Of a DNA stretch of 32,000 bases, positions 1 through 7,178 are shown piece by piece (position 1 is the first letter of the stretch; the number at the start of each line of letters is the position of its first letter). This stretch comes from Acidobacteriota bacterium (lineage in GTDB: Bacteria; Acidobacteriota; Terriglobia; Bryobacterales; Bryobacteraceae). Below the pieces are notes generated by a model. That model saw only the letters and a program-made list of their open reading frames with translations. It did not search any database and was not told where the DNA came from. The stretch covers positions 90,737 to 122,736 of the forward strand of contig JAFKEE010000018.1 of NCBI GenBank assembly GCA_017307505.1. The letters are read 5' to 3'. Both the position numbers and the translations under genes were made by a program.

Positions 1-504
1 CCGCTGCTCACCCGCGTCGTCCGTGACCACCCTGACCTGGTCGTCGGCGCCGGCACAGTGGTCGACGCCGGACTCGCCCGGCAATGTCTCGACGCCGGAG
101 CCGCCTTCCTCACCAGCACCGGCCTGGAAATGGATACGCTCGAATTCGCGCTCCGCAATCAGGTCGTCGCCATGCCCGGAGCCCTCACGCCCACGGAAGT
201 CATCTCCGCCTGGAAAGCCGGAGCCGATTTCGTCAAGGTCTTCCCCTGTTCCCTGGCCGGTGGCCCCGCTTACCTGCGCGCCTTGACCGCCCCGCTCCCC
301 CTCGTGCCACTCATCGCTTCCGGCGGAGTGAACCAGCAGACCGCCGGAGACTACATCCTCGCCGGCGCCACCGCACTCGGGATCGGGGGCAACCTGATGC
401 CGCGCGAAGCCGTCGAGTGCCGCAACGCGCAATGGATCGCGGAACTGGCCCGCCGCTTCCTGCGGATGGTAGCGGAAGCCCGAGCCCGCCGGCATCAGAA
501 GTGA
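1..504 (+). CDS. eda: KDPG / 4-hydroxy-2-oxoglutarate aldolase, C-terminal part (5' end lies upstream of the window)
   Basis: Frame 1 is open from base 1 (PLLTRVVRDHPDLVVGAGTVVDAG...). The translation carries aldolase hallmarks: GAGTV, PGxxTPTE, a Schiff-base-type Lys in FVKVFP, and SGGV. Stop TGA at 502-504. Confidence 0.8.
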   Translation, partial: PLLTRVVRDHPDLVVGAGTVVDAGLARQCLDAGAAFLTSTGLEMDTLEFALRNQVVAMPGALTPTEVISAWKAGADFVKVFPCSLAGGPAYLRALTAPLPLVPLIASGGVNQQTAGDYILAGATALGIGGNLMPREAVECRNAQWIAELARRFLRMVAEARARRHQK

Positions 505-609
505 TCCAAGCGGCCGGCGCATTCCGGCCCCCGGTTTCCCAACTTCGCCGGCTGCGGCTTTTAACCCGCATTACGGGGCTTGAAACGCCTCCCTCTGCCG
601 TGCTTGATA

Positions 610-642
610 CAATTAATTCGATCCTCAACGCCGGATTAATTG
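610..642. promoter_or_regulatory. AT-rich imperfect palindrome (candidate operator) upstream of the 675 CDS
   Basis: CAATTAATTCG (610-620) and CGGATTAATTG (632-642) are reverse complements with one mismatch, separated by 11 bp. It is an AT-rich island in GC-rich DNA, 33 bp upstream of the ATG at 675. Confidence 0.3.
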
Positions 643-674
643 GACCTCGGAGGCGCGGATCGCAAGTAAGGTCT

Positions 675-1346
675 ATGAAATTTCAGCCGGAAATTCTGCG
701 GAGTTGCACTACTCAGTCCGCGCTCGTTGTGACGCTCCTGGCCGCTCCCTGTCGTGCGTATGACGACCCCTGCCGCGTCTCCGCCCCCGACGCCCACCTC
801 CACACCTCGGCCGACGGAGGCACCGCGGAAGTGCCGCTGGTCTCACAGGGGAAAGACTGCAAATTCGATTCCAAATATGCGCTTTCCTGGGTGAACGTCT
901 CCATCCTGCCGCCTGGCACAACGGGGGCTCCGTACGTGATGCGCTACCACGTGGCCCAGAACCATACGCCAACACCGCGCACCGTCGCCCTGCGCCTGGG
1001 CGATCGTGATTTCGAGTTCTCACAGGCGCCCGGCCAGCCGCGCCTGGCCGTGGGACCCGGCCGCCTGGTCTTCCCCGTCAAGGCCGGCGAACCCGTTGAC
1101 GCAAAGAAACTCCTCACCATCTGGAGCGAGGATGCCCCCGTCACGCCGCGCGTCCAGGTTCGCGCGGAAGACCGAATCTGGCTGTCCGTCGAGCCTACCT
1201 CCAACCCGCGCAAGTTTGAGGTTCGCGTCCGGCTGTCCATCGCCTCGCCCCAGCCGCGCAACGGAGTGCTTATCGTCTCGGCCGATTCTTCCGCAAACGG
1301 CCCCATCCGCGTGCCCGTCGAAGTGACCGCCACCGGCCAGCCGTAA
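675..1346 (+). CDS. hypothetical secreted protein (N-terminal signal peptide, beta-rich)
   Basis: ATG at 675 is preceded by an AAGG Shine-Dalgarno-like sequence. The hydrophobic N-terminus is MKFQPEILRSCTTQSALVVTLLAAPCRA. The longer 84-1346 ORF overlaps eda and is Arg/Pro-rich nonsense upstream of this Met. I recognise no family. Confidence 0.55.
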   Translation: MKFQPEILRSCTTQSALVVTLLAAPCRAYDDPCRVSAPDAHLHTSADGGTAEVPLVSQGKDCKFDSKYALSWVNVSILPPGTTGAPYVMRYHVAQNHTPTPRTVALRLGDRDFEFSQAPGQPRLAVGPGRLVFPVKAGEPVDAKKLLTIWSEDAPVTPRVQVRAEDRIWLSVEPTSNPRKFEVRVRLSIASPQPRNGVLIVSADSSANGPIRVPVEVTATGQP

Positions 1347-1400
1347 CGAACTGCCCTTCGTCCAGGCGGCCCTCCCCCTTCCGGTCAATTTTCCTGTTGA

Positions 1401-1439
1401 CCACCTACAGGGAACTCGCTTACAGTTCCCTGTAGGTGG
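1401..1439. promoter_or_regulatory. perfect 16-bp inverted repeat / hairpin immediately upstream of padR
   Basis: CCACCTACAGGGAACT (1401-1416), 7-nt spacer CGCTTAC, AGTTCCCTGTAGGTGG (1424-1439). The right arm contains the only SD-like element (AGGTGG, 1434-1439), 4 nt before the padR ATG at 1444. No U-tract follows on either strand. Confidence 0.5.
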
Positions 1440-1443
1440 CCAA

Positions 1444-1815
1444 ATGGAAAACCGGCAGCCCGCGAAATCCGAGGTTCTGCAAGGGACTCTCATCCTCCTC
1501 GTCCTCCGTACCCTGCTGGCGCTTGGCCCCCTCCATGGCTACGGGCTTGCCCGCCGCATCGAACAGATCAGCAACGACCTCCTGCAACTGAACCAGGGCA
1601 CGCTGTACCCGGCCCTGCTCCGCATGGAACAGGAAGGCTGGATCTCCTCCGAGTGGGGCGCCTCCGAGAAGAACCGGAAGGCTAAGTTCTACACCATCAC
1701 TCCAGCCGGCCGCCGCAGACTCGAGAAAGAAACCGGCGATTGGCGCCGCATGTCTTCCACAATCGAAGCTTTCCTTTCCTTCGACCCGGCATCCCTCGGC
1801 GGAGACCCCGAATGA
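1444..1815 (+). CDS. PadR family transcriptional regulator
   Basis: The winged-helix PadR signature is present: LQGTLILLVLRTLLALGPLHGYGLARRIEQ...LNQGTLYPALLRMEQEGWISSEWG...KAKFYTITPAGRRRL. The stop overlaps the next start (ATGA at 1812-1815). Confidence 0.9.
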   Translation: MENRQPAKSEVLQGTLILLVLRTLLALGPLHGYGLARRIEQISNDLLQLNQGTLYPALLRMEQEGWISSEWGASEKNRKAKFYTITPAGRRRLEKETGDWRRMSSTIEAFLSFDPASLGGDPE

Positions 1816-4457
1816 GCCTTTTCCATGCGCTGCCGGCCCGCTTCCTCGCTCTCTTCCGCCGCAAGCGGCTCGACCGTGAGCTCGACGAGGAACTCCGCTT
1901 TCATCTCGAAATGCTGATCGACGACAACATCCGCGCCGGTATGTCGCCCAAACAAGCCCACTTCGCGGCACTGCGCGCCCTGGGCCCGCTGGAGCCGATG
2001 AAGGAACACTATCGCGACCGGCGCGCGTTCGCCGCCCTCGAATCCTTCATCCTGGACCTGCGCTACGCCCTGCGCACCCTCCGCAGGACTCCCGGCTACA
2101 CGCTTACCGCGCTCACCGTGCTGGCGCTGGCCATCGGCGCCAATACCGCCATGTTCAGCGTTCTGAACACGGTCCTGTTCCGCCCGCTGCCGTACCGCGC
2201 GCCCGGCCAGCTTGCCATGCTCTGGAGCGAGCTCCCCACCCAGAGCCTCCGCGAGGGCCGCACCGCCTACCTCAACATCGAGCAGTGGCGCGCCCAGAGC
2301 CGCACGTTCTCGGACATGGCCTTCTTTGATCCGGCCACCGCCACCATCACCCGGTCTGGCCAGTCCGAGTACATCCGCCTCGTCCTGGTCTCCCCCAATT
2401 ACTTCCCGCTCATGGGCATCACCCCGAAGCTCGGACGGCTCCTCACGGCGGAAGACGCCGGCCAGCGCCAGCGGCTCGCCGTCATCAGCTACAGCTTCTG
2501 GCAATCCCACTTTGCGGGCCAGTCCGGCGCCATTGGAGCCAGTGTTAACCTGGACGGCCAGCCCACCCGCATCTGCGGTGTCCTCGATCCTGCCTTTCAA
2601 CTCGGGGAAGGCGATCCGGATATCTGGCTGCCTCACACTCTTTCCCGCGATTGGGACAGCCAGCGCGCCGCCCGCGGCATGGGGTCCTGGCTCGTGGTCG
2701 GACGCCTCCAGCCCCAGGCGACTCTGGCACAGGCGCAGGCTGAGATGAACACCATTGCTGCCCGCCTGGACCGTGCCTGGCCCTCCGCCGCGGGCAGCCC
2801 TGGCGTCAGCGTCGTCCCACTCGCTCAACAACTGACGGGCCCGCGCGCCCGCCTCACCCTTTGGTGGCTGGCCTCCGCTGTCTTTCTGGTCCTGCTCATC
2901 GCGGCCATCAATGTCGCTGGACTCTCCCTCGCCCGCGGAGCCGCCCGCGCCAGGGAACTCTCCGTCCGCGCTGCCCTCGGTGCCAGCCGCTTCCGCCTCG
3001 CCCGTCAACTGCTCGCCGAAAGCCTTGCTCTCTCTTCCCTGGCCGCCTTGCTGGGACTCTTATTGGCCCATGCCGCCATCCGCCTGGTTGTGGCCGTCCA
3101 GCCTGCTGAACTCGTGCGGCTGCAGGAGGCCCGCCTCGATCTCCGCGCCTTCGCCTGTGCTCTCGTCCTTTGTCTTTCCACTGGATTGCTCACCGGACTT
3201 GCGCCCGCGTTTACACTCACCCGGCGCTCCGGGCAACCCTCCGCCCGGCAGGGCGGCCGCGGCATCGCCGGAGGATTCCAGGCCCGGCAACTCCGCCGGG
3301 GGCTCGTTGTCGCGCAGTTCTCCTTGGCGCTCATCCTCCTCACGTCCTCCGGACTCCTCCTCCGCAGCCTGTGGTCCGTCCAGAATGTCGACCTGGGCTT
3401 CCAGCCGCAGCGCATCCTCTCGCTCAGTCTCGCCAGCGCCCCTACTGCCTCGTCCGTCCAGCGAGCCGCCTTCTACGCCAGGTTGCTCGATGAGGTCGGG
3501 GCTCTCCCCTCGGTCCAAAGCGCCGGGATTGTCTCCAACCTCTTCATTGGCTCGATGCCGGAGCAGACCCTCACCCTCGAACGAAGCACGCAATCCGTCG
3601 CCGGGCGGCTGCGCTTCCGCAGCGACGAAGTCTCGCCGGGCCTCTTCCGGACGCTGGGCGTCCCGCTGTTGCGTGGCCGCTTTTTCACCGCCGGCGATGG
3701 ACCCGGGGCCCCTCGCGTCGCCATCGTCAATGAGGTGATGGCCCGCCGCCTCTGGCCGGGCCAGGATCCCATCGGAGCCCGCTGCAAACTGGGTCCCGCC
3801 GAATCGCCTGCACCGTGGATCACCATCGTCGGTGTGGTCGGCACCATGCGCCGTCAGGGGCTGGAAACCGAACCTGGAGCCCAGATGTTCGAGCCCATCG
3901 CCCAGAACCCGTCCCGTCTCTCCAACCTCATTGTCCGTACCGCCCTCAGCGACCCGCGGCCGCTGGTGCCCTCCATCCGCGCCGCTGTCAGCGCGATCGA
4001 TCCTCAGTCGCCCGTCTACGGCGTCACGACGCTGGAGGACAACCTCGACCGCTACCTCGCCCCGCGCCGCTTCCAGGCCTGGGTGTTGATCGGTTTCTCC
4101 GCCGCGGCCCTTCTCATCGCCGCGATTGGGATCTATGGCCTCATTCAATACACCACCACCGCCCGCACCCACGAATTTGGCATCCGCCTGGCCCTCGGCG
4201 CCTTGCCCGACGGGATCTTCCGCATGACGATTGCGGAAGGCTTGAAGCTCTCCTTTGCCGGCCTGGCCATCGGGCTTGTTGGGTCAGCCTGGGTGGCGAG
4301 GGCGGGCGCAAGCCTCCTCTACGGGGTCTCGGCGACAGATCCCGCCACGTTTCTCGCGGTCACCCTGCTTCTCACGGTGGTAGCCGCGGTGGCCTGTTAC
4401 GGTCCCGCCCGCAAGGCACGCCAGGTGGATCCGGTCGCGGCCCTCCGTCAGGATTAG
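1812..4457 (+). CDS. ADOP-type duplicated FtsX/MacB-like ABC permease with N-terminal prefix domain (no ATPase partner in window)
   Basis: 881 aa from the ATG at 1812. It contains the DLRYALRTLRRTPGYT motif followed by TM1 (ALAIGANTAMFSV). There are two FtsX-like 4-TM modules (about aa 330-470 and 760-880), each preceded by a large periplasmic domain. The C-terminus is PARKARQVDPVAALRQD. Confidence 0.9.
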   Translation: MSLFHALPARFLALFRRKRLDRELDEELRFHLEMLIDDNIRAGMSPKQAHFAALRALGPLEPMKEHYRDRRAFAALESFILDLRYALRTLRRTPGYTLTALTVLALAIGANTAMFSVLNTVLFRPLPYRAPGQLAMLWSELPTQSLREGRTAYLNIEQWRAQSRTFSDMAFFDPATATITRSGQSEYIRLVLVSPNYFPLMGITPKLGRLLTAEDAGQRQRLAVISYSFWQSHFAGQSGAIGASVNLDGQPTRICGVLDPAFQLGEGDPDIWLPHTLSRDWDSQRAARGMGSWLVVGRLQPQATLAQAQAEMNTIAARLDRAWPSAAGSPGVSVVPLAQQLTGPRARLTLWWLASAVFLVLLIAAINVAGLSLARGAARARELSVRAALGASRFRLARQLLAESLALSSLAALLGLLLAHAAIRLVVAVQPAELVRLQEARLDLRAFACALVLCLSTGLLTGLAPAFTLTRRSGQPSARQGGRGIAGGFQARQLRRGLVVAQFSLALILLTSSGLLLRSLWSVQNVDLGFQPQRILSLSLASAPTASSVQRAAFYARLLDEVGALPSVQSAGIVSNLFIGSMPEQTLTLERSTQSVAGRLRFRSDEVSPGLFRTLGVPLLRGRFFTAGDGPGAPRVAIVNEVMARRLWPGQDPIGARCKLGPAESPAPWITIVGVVGTMRRQGLETEPGAQMFEPIAQNPSRLSNLIVRTALSDPRPLVPSIRAAVSAIDPQSPVYGVTTLEDNLDRYLAPRRFQAWVLIGFSAAALLIAAIGIYGLIQYTTTARTHEFGIRLALGALPDGIFRMTIAEGLKLSFAGLAIGLVGSAWVARAGASLLYGVSATDPATFLAVTLLLTVVAAVACYGPARKARQVDPVAALRQD

Positions 4458-4729
4458 GCCTTCGGGCGCCGCCGCGCCCCGCCGCCCAATCCGCCCAGAT
4501 CGATAATCACCGCCAGCAGCAGCCAAAGCAGATTGATACCTTCCGTCGGCATCTTGTTGTTGATCTCCCACGCATACACGATTGTGGTGAGAGGCAGGAA
4601 AAAGAATCCCAGCAGCGGCAGCAGCAGACCGCCATGGAACGCGCGTTCCAGGTAGGTCGAAAAGAAGAACATCAAGGCGAGAGTGATGCGGGGGAACGCA
4701 AGAACGATGATGAGTAGAAGGCAAGGCAT
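4454..4729 (-). CDS. small hydrophobic membrane protein (hypothetical)
   Basis: I prefer the ATG at 4729, which is preceded by GGAGA 6 nt upstream; the ORF track starts at 4750. Three hydrophobic segments and a basic C-terminus. No family recognised. Confidence 0.5.
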   Translation of the reverse strand: MPCLLLIIVLAFPRITLALMFFFSTYLERAFHGGLLLPLLGFFFLPLTTIVYAWEINNKMPTEGINLLWLLLAVIIDLGGLGGGARRRPKA

Positions 4730-4821
4730 AGTCAGTCTCCAACCGGACACGGAAAGCCCGCAACGTCTGTTTCCATCATAGCTTGCGGGTGCCGGGGATT
4801 CGCCCTGCCGCCGCTGCGGCC

Positions 4822-5025
4822 TTAGCGCTGCGCCCTTTGGAACACGAAGAAGAAGACCGCCAGGCTCAAGGCGGCCAGCAGCAGGATACCCGATTTGACA
4901 AACTCCACGGCTGACACGGCGCCGCCCAGCACGCCGGAAAGATCGCGGATAAAGACAGCCAGCGCCAGAAAGGTCGCCAGCGCTGTTCCGATCAAGGCGA
5001 AGACAGCGGCGCTTTTTACGGTCAT
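4822..5025 (-). CDS. small hydrophobic membrane protein (hypothetical)
   Basis: I prefer the ATG at 5025 (MTVKSAAVFALIG...) because the ORF-track start at 5070 is a TTG. Two hydrophobic helices. No clear SD. Confidence 0.4.
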   Translation of the reverse strand: MTVKSAAVFALIGTALATFLALAVFIRDLSGVLGGAVSAVEFVKSGILLLAALSLAVFFFVFQRAQR

Positions 5026-5103
5026 CGCGAAATAATACGCGGCCCCTTCGCCCTGGTCAAGACAAAACAAATTCTTCGTAACTTGTTCGTCGATCGTTCC
5101 CCT

Positions 5104-5628
5104 TTACTTCATCACGGACAAGTAGTCCGCCCAGGGCCCCACTTCCGGCTTGAGGCGCCGCGCCATCACGCGGCTCACCTGCACCAGGTGGGCCATGTCG
5201 TGCGCTGTCCACGTTGCCAGCAACTGCCGCAGCGTCACCGGGCCCAGCGCCGGATGTGTGCCCATCAGCGTCAGTTGCGACGGCTTCAGCTCCAGTTCGC
5301 GCAACTTGTCAAGATTAGTTCTCCGCAGGTCCGCGAATTCGTCCAGCAGTTCACTCAGCAGCCGTTCCTGCGGCTGTTTCAACTGTGCCTCGCGGTCGAG
5401 CGGATCGAAGGGCCGCGTCGGCCCATGCTCCAGAATGATCATGGCCCGGGGCATCCAGTCGGTCTTTTCGCAGTGGATCAGGTGGCCGAGTACAACATAG
5501 GGGCTCCAGGTTCCGGGACCCTCCGTGGCCTCCGTCCAGCCTGCCGGCAAACCCCGCAGCAGTGCATTCAGTGTCTCGGGCGTCCGCGACAGTACGGCTA
5601 CACACTCATCCAGGAAATCAGCGTTCAT
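5104..5628 (-). CDS. DinB-family (DinB_2-like) metal-dependent four-helix-bundle protein
   Basis: 174 aa with a typical DinB layout and His triad context (VLGHLIHCE ... TWTAHDMAHLVQ). It lies 16 bp downstream of azoR on the same strand. Confidence 0.75.
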   Translation of the reverse strand: MNADFLDECVAVLSRTPETLNALLRGLPAGWTEATEGPGTWSPYVVLGHLIHCEKTDWMPRAMIILEHGPTRPFDPLDREAQLKQPQERLLSELLDEFADLRRTNLDKLRELELKPSQLTLMGTHPALGPVTLRQLLATWTAHDMAHLVQVSRVMARRLKPEVGPWADYLSVMK

Positions 5629-5644
5629 TCCACCATTTTAGGTG

Positions 5645-6286
5645 TCAGCCCGCCGCCGCCATGTTCCGGACGGTCTCGAGATGCGGAGCCAGCAACTCCG
5701 CCCGATCCACCTGTCCATACCGCAGCCTCACCGTCCCATCCGCCAGCACGACCCGAATCCGGGTCACCCCAAGATTCGCGAAGAAGGTCCGCAGCCAGGG
5801 CTCCAGATAGTTCTTCGAAGCTTCCGCCGAACCCGCTCCATACTGCCGCCCGGCCGCCAGGATCAATGTCACTCGCTTTGCGCCCAGAGTGCCCCTCGGA
5901 CCCTCGGGCGTCACCACAATCGTCTCTCCGAACCGCACCACCTGGTCCACCCACAACTTGAAGCTCGAACTTGGACCCCAGTTGTGCATCGGCATCCCGA
6001 TCACATACTCATCCGCCGCCAGCAGTTCCTGCGTCAGTTCCGTCGACAGCGTGAGAACACGCTCCTGCTCCGCGGTCCGCACTTCCCTGGGTGTCAGGTT
6101 TGCCGTGATCCACTCCGCATCGATTACCGGTATCTCCATCGCTGTCAGATCGCGGGAGGTCACCGTCCCTGTGGGGTGCGCGGCCCGCCAGCGCTTCACG
6201 AACTCGTGCGTCAACTGACGCGAGACGGACTCCTGCCCCATCGGGCTGGAGTCGATGTGCAGCAGAACTGGTTTTCCGTTTTCCAT
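5645..6286 (-). CDS. azoR: FMN-dependent NADH-azoreductase / flavodoxin-like NAD(P)H quinone oxidoreductase
   Basis: From the ATG at 6286: MENGKPVLLHIDSSPMGQESVSRQLT...IGMPMHNWGPSSSFKLWVDQVVR...RVTLILAAG, collinear with AzoR-type proteins. The upstream 12 codons of the ORF begin with TTG and run through the operator region. Confidence 0.8.
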   Translation of the reverse strand: MENGKPVLLHIDSSPMGQESVSRQLTHEFVKRWRAAHPTGTVTSRDLTAMEIPVIDAEWITANLTPREVRTAEQERVLTLSTELTQELLAADEYVIGMPMHNWGPSSSFKLWVDQVVRFGETIVVTPEGPRGTLGAKRVTLILAAGRQYGAGSAEASKNYLEPWLRTFFANLGVTRIRVVLADGTVRLRYGQVDRAELLAPHLETVRNMAAAG

Positions 6287-6299
6287 GTCATCAGAATAT

Positions 6300-6334
6300 T
6301 CAACCGTTTGGTTGATTGTCAACCTATCGGTTGA
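6300..6334. promoter_or_regulatory. two tandem 16-bp palindromes TCAACC-N4-GGTTGA (candidate ArsR-family operator)
   Basis: TCAACCGTTTGGTTGA (6300-6315) and TCAACCTATCGGTTGA (6319-6334) are 3 bp apart. They sit within a wider dyad, ATTCAACCG...CGGTTGAAT (6298-6336), in the 80-bp divergent region between azoR (ATG 6286, minus) and arsR (ATG 6367, plus). Confidence 0.45.
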
Positions 6335-6366
6335 ATGATTACAATGGAAAAGTTGAAGGAGACCCC

Positions 6367-6717
6367 ATGACCCGGACCGCCAGCCACGACAGGAGTCTGG
6401 ATCTCATCTTTGGCGCGGTGGCCGACGCGACGCGCCGCTCCATGCTTGATCGCCTGCGCTCGGGAGCCCTCACCATCTCCGAACTGGCCCAGCCCTACGA
6501 CATGAGCCTGAACGCCGTCTCGAAGCATGTAAAGACCCTCGAGCGCGCCGGCCTCATCCGCCGCAGCATCCAGGGCCGGGAACACTCCTGCCGCCTGGAT
6601 ATGGCCCGCTTCGACGAAGCGGTCACGTGGATGAGTTACTACTCGGAATTCTGGAGCACACGCCTGGAGGCCCTCGAAACGCACCTCAAGTCAAAGCGCG
6701 GCCGGGGGGCGAAATGA
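6367..6717 (+). CDS. ArsR/SmtB family transcriptional regulator
   Basis: The ATG at 6367 is preceded by GAAGGAGA. HTH region: FGAVADATRRSMLDRLRSGALTISELAQPYDMSLNAVSKHVKTLERAGLIRR. The stop overlaps the next start (ATGA at 6714-6717). Confidence 0.85.
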   Translation: MTRTASHDRSLDLIFGAVADATRRSMLDRLRSGALTISELAQPYDMSLNAVSKHVKTLERAGLIRRSIQGREHSCRLDMARFDEAVTWMSYYSEFWSTRLEALETHLKSKRGRGAK

Positions 6718-7151
6718 ACGGTCAGACCGTAACCGTGCGGCGCAACATCCAGGCCTCTTGCGAGGAGGTCTTCGACGCCTGGCTGGACGCCGATGGCATG
6801 CGCTTCTGGATGTGCCCAGGACCTGTAACGAGCTGCGAAGCCGTCCTGGAACCCCATGTCGGCGGGCGCTTCCAGATCGTCATGCTCGCGCCTCAGGCGA
6901 GGTTCGTCAACACAGGGGAGTTTCTGGTGCTCGACCGGCCCTCGAAACTCCAGTTCACGTGGATCTCTTCCCGCTGGGGGCGCCAGGAGACACTGGTCAC
7001 GGTGGAGCTTCATGCCCGCGCCGCTGGCTGTGAACTGGTCCTTACCCACGAACGCTTCCCTGTCACGCACTCGACGGCCCAGCTCACCACGGGCTGGAAT
7101 GACATGCTGCAGAAGCTTCAGCTGCGGCTCGAAGTCCAGTCCGGGTCCTGA
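6714..7151 (+). CDS. SRPBCC / AHSA1-like (activator of Hsp90 ATPase homolog 1-like) domain protein
   Basis: 145 aa, VTVRRNIQASCEEVFDAWLDADGMRFWM...LQFTW...TVELHARAAGCELVLTHE...GWNDMLQKL. ArsR plus SRPBCC is a typical pairing. Confidence 0.8.
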   Translation: MNGQTVTVRRNIQASCEEVFDAWLDADGMRFWMCPGPVTSCEAVLEPHVGGRFQIVMLAPQARFVNTGEFLVLDRPSKLQFTWISSRWGRQETLVTVELHARAAGCELVLTHERFPVTHSTAQLTTGWNDMLQKLQLRLEVQSGS

Positions 7152-7178
7152 CTCTCTCTCGCCGGCGCGCGACCCCGG

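Noticed and set aside
511-537. GGCCGG-CGCATT-CCGGCC hairpin after eda as a terminator
   Set aside because: The stem is only 6 bp, and the short TTT run is separated from the stem by 5 nt. This is too weak to call.
84-674. N-terminal 197 codons of the 420-aa ORF 84-1346
   Set aside because: This part overlaps eda in another frame and is Arg/Pro-rich. A signal-peptide-bearing start with an SD-like element exists at 675.
1689-4172. 439-aa (1689-3008) and 370-aa (3060-4172) minus-strand ORFs
   Set aside because: Both are antisense to the ADOP permease gene and have low-complexity Gly/Arg/Glu-rich translations. They are shadow ORFs.
4751-4821. CCCGCAA...TTGCGGG inverted repeat between the two small membrane protein genes, considered as a terminator
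   Set aside because: The 7-bp stem has a loop of about 19 nt and no U-tract, so it is not convincing.
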